From Octopus vulgaris (taxonomy: Eukaryota): a stretch of 64,000 nucleotides of DNA. Each line of letters begins with the position of its first letter. The stretch's first letter is position 1. Shown piece by piece: positions 52,844 through 64,000 of the stretch. The stretch covers positions 73,780,001 through 73,844,000 of the forward strand of contig OX597815.1 in assembly GCA_951406725.2 (NCBI GenBank), written 5' to 3'. The notes beneath the pieces are model-generated. The model saw nothing but the letters and a program-made list of their open reading frames with translations. It was not told where the DNA came from and did no database searches. A program made the translations under genes and the position numbers.

Positions 52844-53403
52844 AGTGTCAAAAATATTAAGCACATTGGCCAGCAGCCGCTGAATCTTGCAGCCTTAGGT
52901 TTCAGCTTGCAAAGCCTATAAGTAAATTCAGCACTGATCATAACGACATAAATGCTTACGATAGAGAGAATTTCGTCAAAAAGACAGAAGGCTCCAGCCT
53001 TCTGTCTTTTTGTAGATGGTGGTCAGATGGTGTTAAATCGGGCAACGGACAGTAGCTGTCGTCTTGAAACAGGAACGATTTCTCAGACAGATTTCTATGT
53101 ACACAGTTTTTGCCTTCCAAATTTAACTCACAAGAGTTTGTCCCAAGATTATAGTAAACTTGCCGAAAAGCTGCTCTAAGAGCAATCTTTTTGTCTCGCT
53201 CTAGCGAAAAAGTGTTGGGCCTTCGGCATAAAGTAATATCGTAAAAATTGAAGAGCCTATAAAACGAAAAATAAAGAAGAAGAAGAAGAAGAAGAAGAAG
53301 AAGAAATGAGATAGCATCAGTAATCTTTTATTTGCATAAATAAAATTTATCGTGCGTAAAATTGTCGTGTTAAAAAATTCACTCAATATTCTAGAACCTC
53401 AAA

Positions 53404-53985
53404 AGGCGGCGAGCTGGCAGAATTGTTAATACGTCTCCCGTTACGTTCTGAGTTCAAATTCCACCGAGGTCGACTTTGCCTTTCATCCTTTCGGGGTCGA
53501 TAAATTAAGTACCAGTTACGCACTGGGGTCGATATAATCGACTTAATCCATTTGTCTGTCCTTGTTTGTCCTCTCTGTGTTTAATCCCTTGTGGGTAGTA
53601 AAGAAATAGTATTTCGTCTGCCGATTTTTCATTATGAGCTCAAATTCCGGTGACGTCGACTTTGCCTTTCGTTCTTTCGGGGTCAATTAAATAAGTACCA
53701 GTTACGCACTGGGGTCGATGTAATCGACTCAATCCCTATGTCTGTCCTTGTTTGTCCCTTCTATGTTTAGCTCTCTGTGAGCAATAAAAAAATGAATATT
53801 CTAGAACCTTCAGGCGGCGAGCTGGCAGAATCGTTAAGCACGCCGGGCAAAATGCTTAGCAGCAATTCAAATTCCGCCGAGGTTGACTTACATTTCATCT
53901 CTTTCAGGGTCGATAAAATAAGCACCAGCTGAGCACTTAATTCCTCCCCCGACTTGCTAGCCTAGTGCCAAATTTTGAAAACAAT
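53404..53985 (+). mobile_element. SINE family B dimer plus adjacent monomer
   Basis: Two units joined at gaaatagtatttcgtc; aatattctagaacct flanks the dimer (~53385 and ~53796) as a probable TSD. Confidence 0.85.
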
Positions 53986-54805
53986 ATTCTGGTATTTTAG
54001 TACTACTGATTATTATTGATCTGTCCTATCAAAAACCTCACCCGATATTTTCTGGGTTTTTGTTTGTTCTTCTTTTCTCTGGAATTCAGAAGTTAACGCT
54101 ATTCTGCTTTTTGATTTTTTTTTTCAGTTTATCTTTTCTCCTTATTTCCAGTCTTGTTTTACACCTTCTTGATGTCCATATTGTACAACATTTCTACGGT
54201 CGTTTCAATGGAAATAAATAAACTTTGTAATTTTCACGAATTCTAATTTGACTTTTAAAAACTTTGAAGAGAAAATTAAGTTGGTTGATGATATAAAAGA
54301 GCTTTTCTTCTCGGATACTATACTCAATATGAGAAAGTTTACCATCACTTCATGTTCCGTGGATTTTGTCTGGAGAGAATGGATTTAATCAATAACAAAA
54401 TTGCTACCCAGAAGCCTCTTGTCCCAAACCAATACGAAAAGTACTTTATCGCCGATGCATAATTAAAAGAGAAAAAGAGTTCCAAAAATGTTAATTGTCC
54501 TTACTGATTGTCAACCAGTTTCTGAATAGGTTAAAACATAATTTTCCAACGAATATCCAGCTTGTCAGCTTTCTATACTTCTTCAATTGTTATTACTTCG
54601 TAATTCACATTTTGTTGGTTGCAAGCACTAAAGGTGTTACAGGGTGATCCGAATTTATGCCGCAGGCTGGTGGATCAAAGTAGCCGAGAAACACTCCTGG
54701 AGTTATACTGATTCTAAATATGTGCCATTTGTGGAGTTGACGCCCACCACGTGGCTGACTCCATAAACTAGAAATCCACGAGGACGGACACACAGAAATT
54801 CGCAT

Positions 54806-55160
54806 TTATTACCTCCGCCTCAGCGAAGGTGGAGATATTGTTTTTAGTCGTGTTTGTTTGTTTGTTTGTTTGTCTGTGGACACAATATTTGGATGAAACT
54901 TTCAGGGCTGTTTGGCCTCGTGACTGGCACGAACTGATTAGATTTTGAGATCGATCCGGTATCGGACAAGGAAACCGGATTATTTTTCCGTTTTTTTACT
55001 TACTTTTTGGGAGCGATCGGGTTCATTTTTAGTATTCTCATTTGTGAGAGCAGTCGAGTTTATTTAAGTTATTCTCATTTTAAAAATCATCTCTGGCTAA
55101 TCGTCGAGAGGACGTTGGTGTTGCCTCGGCGGGGGTTTGCGCTCTCTGAGTGTTCTTGTT
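54806..55160 (+). mobile_element. Helentron-associated/DINE-1-like element
   Basis: ttattacctccgcc subTIR with adjacent inverted ggtggag, (GTTT)n, 3' ggcgggggt plus gcgctctctgagtgt hairpin; T-rich flanks. Confidence 0.75.
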
Positions 55161-55518
55161 TGTATTAAAAACACTTGCCCAAGGTGCCGCCGCTCAGTTA
55201 TGAAGGTAACTTTTCAACCTCACATACTGGCGTCCATATTTATAATAGTTGTTGTTACCGTCGTTCTTGTTATCATTCTTGTTGTTCATAAGATCTGATC
55301 GAGTAGAGCAAAGACGTTCAAAGCGATCATTCAGGACCACATTATCTGAAATGTGCGTGTATGTCTGCGTTTAAGACAGTAGGGTGTAAATTGAGGGCAA
55401 TTTGGCTGCTATTTCCAGCAAATCCAACTACCAAGTAGAGACTCCTTAATTAGGTCCCTTTTTGTTATACTGTTGTGATACTTTTCTAACATTGCTGCAA
55501 AGTAAAAATTGTCTTGAA

Positions 55519-55556
<38 letters not shown>

Positions 55557-55601
55557 GTGTGTGTGTGTGTGTGTGTTTGTATACACACACACACACAAAC
55601 A

Positions 55602-56625
55602 CTAGCAATGCATCTCGGCATTGCCCGGGTGTTGTGACCTACAGCCACATTTTATTAATTGTTCCTTTCTTATGGATAGAAGCGGCACAGCTGGTATATA
55701 GTGAACTGATTACTGGCGTGATGGAAGTTATTGCTTGTTTAAAAGTGAAGTAGGGAGGGTACAATTTACATGGGTTTGCATGAAAGTGCTTTCTGTTCTT
55801 AAGAAAGACCACAAATTATGTATTGTTTCATCGTATGAAATGGAGTTAATACGATTTTGCCCAGAAATCAAGTTTCCAAAATTATAATTTCCACCCCGTC
55901 TCCACCGCAATTTCTTAATTTGTAATTTATTTTCGAATTTTTTTCTTATCCACGCAGAAAAATACAGAGATTATGAGTATAGGAAATATATGTATTTTTT
56001 AAAGTTTAATTTTTCTTAAAGAACCACTTAATGCCCCTTTCCCACCTCGCCCACCCATCACCTGTCCGCTTTCCAAAAGCCAAAACTACCCAATGTTTCA
56101 CTTTCATCTGATGTTTCACGCATGCTCAGAAATGTTCTGAAATAGCAGACGTAGTAAATACCAAACCACCACCACCACCAGAAAACATGACATGCTAGAA
56201 ACAACAGGTAAATGACATTATTTCTGAAGAAACTTCCCTGCTTTCCGAAAAGCTAAAAGTGAAACATTGGAAGTTTGTAGCTTTTTGAAAGTGGTGAGGT
56301 GATGGGTGGATGTTTGGGAAGGAGATTTTAATGTTTCTTTAAGGAAAAAGGAAGAAGAAAATTCTTAAAGATTTCTCCGTGGATTATATAGAAAAAAATC
56401 TGGAAAAGTAAAAATGAAGAAATTGGGGTGGGGAGGAAGAAAATTAAAATATTGAGAACGTGTTTTTTTGGTGAAATCCTTATCTCTTGTATTAAAAACA
56501 TAGGTATCAGAAGAAATTTAGGAAAAGAATAAGAGGGAGGGGCGCAAATATCACCTTGGACATGCTAGAAACAACGGGTAAAGGACAGAATTTCTGGATA
56601 AACTTCCTCTTAAGTTTATATCGAA
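55602..56625 (-). mobile_element. Probable Helitron-like element with internal inverted and direct repeats
   Basis: A-CTAG end with ctcggcattgcccggg hairpin; internal arms ~55920-56110 and ~56230-56450 pair; far end uncertain. Confidence 0.5.
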
Positions 56626-56768
56626 GACCAGGTTTTTAAATACGCTCATCACAAACACAAATTACAGAAAAATGTCATTTCAATTGGATTTGAGATGTAA
56701 TTTTGCGTGTGCACACAGCAAGAAATATCATAATTCGTACAGAAGTTTTACCTAGAGTGTGTGAGTGA

Positions 56769-56838
<70 letters not shown>

Positions 56839-57626
56839 ACGTGTACCAAAGGAAGTTATTTTTTAGCATTCTTTCGTCTGAAGCAGCAAAGTTGTCAACT
56901 CGATCATATGGTCGATCCTATGGGATCATATGATTGTTCGTTAATTTCCGTAAATTAAAAAAAAATTATTTATGCTTTGAAGAGAACAGAAATTGAAAGA
57001 AAGGAGGAACTGAAAAGGCATTGAAGTGAGAGGAGAAAGTGAAAGAGAGGAGAAAGCGAAAGATGTATGTACGTGTATGGACGTGTGCATGTGTGCGTGT
57101 GCATGAGAAAGAGAGAGAGAGAGTGAGTGAGTTAAGATGTGTGTTGCCTTGTATGTATTTTTATGCATGTATGTGTAAGTGGCACTCGCTCACTCTCTCT
57201 CTATCTATCTCTCTTTCACACACATATTTCATATATACGTACATAAATACATATGCATACATCTTTTTTGTATGTATGTGTCTTTGCATGTGTGTGTGAG
57301 AGAGAGAGAGAGTGACTGTATTTCCTCATAACATATAAAGAAATGGATGTCTTTTAATGAAATTTGTTAGGTTGTGGCTTATTTTAATACAATATTTATA
57401 TGTACATTTTCATAAATGTTTGTCTGAGTAGAATTCTAGCAATGCGTGAAACATTGAGCGAAAGTGAAACATTAGAAGCAAATCGAAATATTGCCCGAAA
57501 ATGACCTCAAAATTGTGCGACCCGAATTTGTTTCCGAGGTTATTTTTGTAGTAAAAAAGAGTTATTGTGCCAAAAACAGTTATTTGGTGGCCTTTATATT
57601 GGGTCATCCCATAAATTATATATATA

Positions 57627-58009
57627 CTAGCAGTATCGCCCGGCGTTGCTCAGGTTTGTAAGGGAAATAACTATAAAGCATTTTTAGAGAGTTATAGCCA
57701 AAAAATAGCAAAAAAATGGAAAAAAATGATGGTAAATTTTTTTGAGAGTGAAAAAAGGTGGAGTTGCGTCCCCTAGACAGTTTGCGGTTTGTGTTTCTGA
57801 TTCTCGACCCCATGTCGAATTTATCGATTTTTTTCAGAACTGGGGGAACTTTTCAAAATTTTCGCTGCGTTAGTTTTGAATTATGACATTGGGCTATGTG
57901 TGTGTCAAGTTTCATCAGAATCGGTTGAAAGCCGTGATCAGGGTGAGGGTACAAGCAAACAGACACACAGAAACACGCACAGACAAACTTCCGTTTATAT
58001 AGAGAGAGA
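57627..58009 (-). mobile_element. Non-autonomous Helitron
   Basis: CTAG end plus cccggcgttgctcagg hairpin; opposite end ccgtttatatagagagaGA|T, like 19008-19368. Confidence 0.75.
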
Positions 58010-58390
58010 TAAATATTGATCAGAGAACAAACATCAAATTCGAGTCAACGTCTTTATATATAACACCACGCCTCCAAACATTTGATCATATATAAATATT
58101 ACCATGGTCCTTAAACATATAAAGTATACATATATAAAAAAAAAAACACAGAAAGTAAAAAATATATATGCGAATAAAAATACAGATTTATAGAACGGCC
58201 TATCAAGAAGGTATATACAATCGGCTAAAAATTCTAAAGCGTGTCATACGTCTAAAAATCTAAATAAAATAAAATATCAATCGACTAAAACAAATTTCTT
58301 ACTCCCCTCAAACAAAAAAGTTCATTTCATAAAAACCATGGTAGGCTGTAGTCCAGGAGCAAAAGGAGTTGCACAAAATCAAGTCAAACA

Positions 58391-58474
58391 CAGCTATGGC
58401 CATTTCGGAAGTTCATTGCCGCGGTTCGATTACGAGTTAAAGGGCATCTCGGCAATGACCTCCTCATCAGGATG
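58391..58474 (-). ncRNA. Type I hammerhead ribozyme with canonical core and long stem II
   Basis: Minus strand: catc-CTGATGA-ggaggtcattgccg(28-nt loop)cggcaatgaacttcc-GAAA-tggccATA-gctg; palindromic stem III ATGGCCAT. Confidence 0.75.
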
Positions 58475-58599
58475 ATAGGAATCTCAACAAAACCAGTAAA
58501 AGAATTAAAAACATTATATGCAACTCTTCTGAATATACTACTGCTCCAATGTTATAAAGTGTGCTTCTTTTTTGGGGATATATGAAGTATCGATGATTT

Positions 58600-58651
<52 letters not shown>

Positions 58652-59385
58652 TTGTGTGTATGTATGTATGTATGTATGTATGTATGTATGTATGTATGTA
58701 TGTATGTATGTATATGCATATATGTATATATGAGGAAGGTCTTTGTATTTGTGTTTGTGCCTACAACATTGCTTGACAACTGGTGTTGGTTTGTTAGCGG
58801 CTCGGTAAAAGTGACCGATGGAATAAGTACCAGGCTTGAAAAATAAGTACTGGAGTCGATTTGTTCGACTAAAACTCTTCAAGGCAGTGCCCGAGTATGA
58901 CCACAGTCCAATGACCGAAACAAGCGAATGACAAAAAGAAAATCTTTTATTACCTCTGAGGGAGGAAAAGCCAAGTCGACCACTGTCGGATTTCAGATGG
59001 GAAATTCAGAAATGTAAAGTGATGGAAGTAAATGCTTTTATCATTTAGAATTGTGCCCTCCAGCACTGCCATTTATAGCTTTCTTCTTTTGTTATATCAG
59101 CAACTCCTTGCTTAGGCGAAATGCCAGTTGTACAAGGAAAAGAATATATTGGATTAAATCGATTAGAGTACTTAATTGTTACTTATTTTATCGATCTGTG
59201 AGGGATCAAAACTAATGTCATCGCTGACAAAATTTATACAAGAGGGAGGAATTACACTAAATACTGCCAAGTTTTTTGTTCGTCACGCCGCAGTTTGTGA
59301 TCATTCATCTTATTTATTGATGTAACAATTGTATAAATAATGATATCTAATTTTGGTATAAAACTACACAATTATATTTATCCAT

Positions 59386-60188
59386 TCTTTTCTACTATAG
59401 GCACAAGACCTGAAATGTTTGGGGAGGGGGCCAGTCGATTAGATCGACCCCAGTACGCAACTGGCACTTAATTTATCGACCCAGAAACGATGAAACGCAA
59501 AGTCGATCTCGGCGGAATTTGAGCTCAGAACATAAGATAGATGAAATACCTATTTCTTTACTACCCACAAGGGGCTAAACACAAAGAGGACAAACAAGGA
59601 CAGACAAACGGATTAAGTCGATCACACCAGTGAGTAACTGGTACTTATTTAATCAACCCCGAAAGGATGAAAGGCAAAGTCGACCTCGGCGGAATTTGAA
59701 CTCAGAACGTAGCGGCAGACGAAATACCTATTTCTTTACTACCCACAAGGGGCTAAACACAGAGAGGACAAACAAGGATAGACAAATGGGTTAAGTCGAT
59801 TATATCGAGCCCAGTGCGTACTGGTACTTAATTTATCGACCCCGAAAAGATGAAAGGCAAAGTCGACCTCGGCAGAATTTGAACTCAGAACGTAACAGCA
59901 CACGAAATACGGTTACGCATTTCGCCTGGCGTGCTAACGTTTCTGCCAGCTCGCCGCCTCCCCACTCCAATAATAATGACAACAGCAATAATAATGGTTT
60001 CAAATTTGGGGGAAGGGGTAAATCGATTACATCGACCCCAGGGCTCAAGTAGTACTTATTTTCTCGACCCTGAAAGGGATGAAAGGCAAAGTCAGCTTTG
60101 GCAGAATTCGAGCTTAGAACATGAGGACAGACGAAATGCCGCTAAGCATTTTATCTGGCGTGCTAATGATTCTGCCAGCTTGCAGCCT
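59386..60188 (-). mobile_element. SINE family B trimer (59386-59958) plus monomer (~59996-60188)
   Basis: Units joined at gaaatacctatttc; head at ~59958. Confidence 0.88.
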
Positions 60189-60221
60189 TGATGATGTTGA
60201 TGATAATAATAATAATAATAA

Positions 60222-60318
<97 letters not shown>

Positions 60319-61085
60319 AAGAAGAAGAAGAACTGTGTCTAAAATAGTCACAAGGACTCTAATTTGAAGGGATGAGAACAGTCGGCTATATTGGTCATAA
60401 TACTTCATTGGTATTGTATTTACCTACTCCGGAAGGATAAATGTTGACCCCGACAGAATTTGAATTCAACTCAGAATGCAATGAGTCGCAACAAATGCTG
60501 CAAAGCATTTCCTTTCCCCTGAATTTTCTTTGTTATCTTTATCAGCCTCCATCTTCGTAAATGGTCACCATCCTCCTAAGTGTATAAGGTGGTACTGCTA
60601 TGAAAGGGTACTTTCTGGTCGTTTATAGGCTTTTACAGTTGATTATGGAAAATTGTCGACAGTCCTACGGACAAAATGTAGTCGGACTTTCAATCTTTCA
60701 TTAAGATGTTCTATATTAAGAGTTTTGGTTTTTGAAAATAAAAAAAACCCACACAACAAAAACCAAAAAAATACACCGTTTTCAAAGGACAGCTGTTTGC
60801 TATACAAGTTTATACCCTAATCGAAATGCGCTTCCACACTGTTGTTTTTGTTGTTGTTGCGAAGCTTGTTTATTATGCTTTATTTTTGTGTTGCAGCGTT
60901 ATTTCCTTTTCATCTTCTAGCATGTTTGTGCATTTATTAATGTTAGAAACCAGTTATTTAAACAAGTACAATATCATATTTTAAAAACATTAAAAAAATG
61001 TGGGTTAAGATATGAATAGATATTGTGTTGTCAATGACCAGAAATATGGATGATACGCCAATGTCCAATATAATTTCATTATATA

Positions 61086-61297
61086 TGAGGGGGTGCTGAA
61101 AAGTTCCTGGCTTTAAGGGTATCACGAAAGGCCTGGTTGGAGGCCTAACCTTCCGAATTCTTTTACAGGGGCTAGAAAAACTGAAGGACCACTGCAATAA
61201 GTGTCTCTGAGAGGGGAATGTGTTAAATAAAATCATAATTAACTGATCCTCCTGTATTTTCTTTAGACCAAAGCCAAGAAATTTTCAGCATCACTCG
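61086..61297. mobile_element. Mariner-derived MITE
   Basis: TIRs tgagggggtgctgaaaagttcctggcttt / aaagccaagaaattttcagcatcactcg; TA TSD. Confidence 0.85.
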
Positions 61298-63244
61298 TAA
61301 GTCCTGATTTTCTTTAGAAATTCAACATTAAAATATAGGGGTGCTAGTCTCTGCACATATCTAAATTCGACACGAGCTAGATGGGGGAGTATCTGAAAAT
61401 AGAAATAATAAACCACTGTGCAAAATTGGCTTCCGTTTAATTAAAATAATTTGCTTGTTCTCTCTCTCTCTCTCTCTCTCTCTTCAAAGCATGTGGAGGG
61501 GGCGTTTGTAAAACGCCTTTCCATGAAAGAGAGTGTTGAACCACCAAAGACTAAGAATCACAGTTGTGACAAGTTGTTCTTATCAACTCACAAACTTTTG
61601 TTCTGTAACACGGAGTTAGGAGCTCGCTTCTTTTCCACTGCGTAGATGTCATGAGATCTATGGACTGTTTAATCACCAACCACCCTCTCAAAAGAGGCAT
61701 TAAGGGATCATTAGAGTATAGCTGTAATTCCTGGTCTGATTAATCTTCGATAACAATCTACTCAAGTACTGATTCAAAAGTAACAAATACTACTTACCTT
61801 GGGCGTTAATGAGCAGCGGATTAGGATAACCATGGAGCAAGTCCAAAGTGTTTAAGAAAAAAACTTTGAAAAAAAAAATAGTGATTGCTGATATTAAAAT
61901 TGTTTAATTGAATGGTTCTTGTAATAAAGTAATTAGCATGTTTAAAAAAATAGCTTTAAAACAGTTTTTTAACTTGAAATAAAAAAAACCCCATATAACT
62001 AACAAAAACGGATTAAAAACAGATAGTACGTGTCTGATGAAATAAACATCAACGATAATGACGGTGAAAGATAAAAATAAAACATCTGAAACGGCAACAA
62101 AAAACATATCTTACGGTAAGAGAATTAAAATTAATTTCCATTTACTCTGCTACGAAATTATTCAGACAATACATCACAGCACATTACAATCCCCCACCCG
62201 CTCGTTTCACCCTCGCAAAAAAAAAAATTAAAATAAAAAAAAGGAAGAACTGAGATAAACTAAACAAGCTCTAACAAAGGAAAATAAAAATAAAAAGCAC
62301 GGTTTTTGTTTGCAAACACTGGCAAAAATCTAAACCTGCATTAAGATAAAACTTATTGGTCGAAGTAGCAACACTATTGTATCAATTTCAACAACTGTTT
62401 GCTTGTTTGTTTTTTACTACAGTTTTTTCTTCACTTTTTTTCTTTTGTATTTATTAAAGCCAGGTTTGGTCGGAGAGAAGAGCAGAGGAGGAAGGGGCTG
62501 GCAGGTCAGAAACAGGCAAAGCGTTTAAAATTAGTTGGAATAAATAAACAAATAAATAAAGCGTTGAACGAATTAATTTATTGAATGAGAGTAAAGAATA
62601 AGCGCAACTTCTCCTGAGGATTCGGAGAATGTCAAATGTAAAGTGCAGTAATGATATTAATGAAGAGGATAAGACAATGGCGTAGAACGAAGCGGGATCA
62701 ATAAAGGCTACAATAACTACAACCAACGTGAGAATGGTCATGATAATGACAATAGCAATAGCAACTAAAGCAAATTAACAACAGCAGCAGCAGTAGCAGC
62801 AGCAGTAGTAGTTTAGTGTCGATAACTTCAAAAGTAGTGATGGAATTCATGACCTGAACTGCAGCCGCTTCCGCTCCCCCCCCCCACTACCATTGCCAAA
62901 ACAACGACGATGAGAACGACGGCGACGATGACAACACTACCAACAAAAAATAAAAAAAAAAGAATAACACCATTATTATCAGGAACAACAGCAACGACAA
63001 CAACATTATTAGCTCTATAGCTTCTGTTACGACAACCATTACTACTACCATCACCACTCTGACCTCTACCACAACCACCATCACCATCACCACTCTGACC
63101 TCTATCACAACCACCACCACCATTACTACTACTACCACCTCCACTCCACCACCATTACTAATACTACTAATATTATTACTGCTGGTACTATTACTACTAA
63201 TACTGCTGCTGCTGCTACTACTACTACTACTACTACTACTACTG

Positions 63245-63284
<40 letters not shown>

Positions 63285-63419
63285 CGTAAACAAAACTGAT
63301 TTTGCCATCCACCATTCCCATCACACTATTATCATCCATCTCCAACAACAGCGGCACCGCCGCCGCCACCCCGCCACCACCATTAGATTTACTATTCCAC
63401 TATCTCCACCAACCATACT

Positions 63420-63643
63420 TATTTCTTTACTACCCACAAGGGGCTAAACGCAGAGAAGACAAACAAGGACAGACAAACGGATTAAGTCGATTACATCGAC
63501 CCTCAGTGCGTAACTGGTACTTAATTTATCGACCCCGAAAGGATGAAAGGCAAAGTCGACCTCGGCGGAATTTGAACTCACAACGTAACGACAGACGAAA
63601 TATGGTTACGCATTTCGCCCGGCGTGCTAACGTTTCTGCCAGC
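63420..63643 (-). mobile_element. SINE family B
   Basis: One unit plus head. Confidence 0.85.
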
Positions 63644-64000
63644 TGAAGGCCTTCCCTCGTGGATACAGCAAAATCTGAAAGAAAACTGCAAGGAAGCAGG
63701 GATCCAGCAGGAGAGGAACAGTAAAAACAGTCCAGAGTCGAGAACAGCAGGAACAATCGACAATGGCCTATGCTCTACAGAGATTGAAGAGCTTAATACA
63801 AGCTTAGATAATCGTGCTGTAATGGTATGTTTTGAAGCTCTCCTTGGCTTTCAGTACAAAATGTAAGCAACGTAACATATTAAATAAAACTGAGCTAAGC
63901 GAGATTCTTTAACAGGTGTTACAAAACATTAAAAGATTCTCCACAGGCGTGGCTGTATGGCAAAAAGCTTCCTTTCCAACCACATGATTCCGAGTTAAGT

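Noticed and set aside
63646-63866. Host coding exon
   Set aside because: The ORF starts inside a SINE and has no clear splice sites; only a faint resemblance to an R4/Dong-type LINE N-terminus, too weak to call

Overview
Repeat-saturated, AT-rich eukaryotic (animal) genomic DNA. The tRNA-headed SINE families and the microsatellite load suggest an Octopus-like coleoid cephalopod; that is inference. No intact protein-coding gene is recognisable. The window is a mosaic of decayed LINEs (RTE, Tx1/L1, CR1-like), Penelope-like elements (PLEs), mariner/Tc2/hAT DNA transposons and MITEs, non-autonomous Helitron/Helentron elements, at least four SINE families and very abundant microsatellites, which produce most of the listed ORFs. 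Points of note: (1) six minimal type I hammerhead-ribozyme motifs plus one truncated motif from several PLE-type families, including a family with a non-canonical CUGUNGA core; (2) a mariner with a duplicated end that encloses an inverted copy of sequence found 34 kb away in this window; (3) a SINE that recurs as head-plus-184-bp multimers; (4) a foldback element with a TTAGGG-like centre; (5) a PHD finger inside an RTE reverse transcriptase; (6) a few weak candidate minus-strand exons and enhancer-like unique islands.
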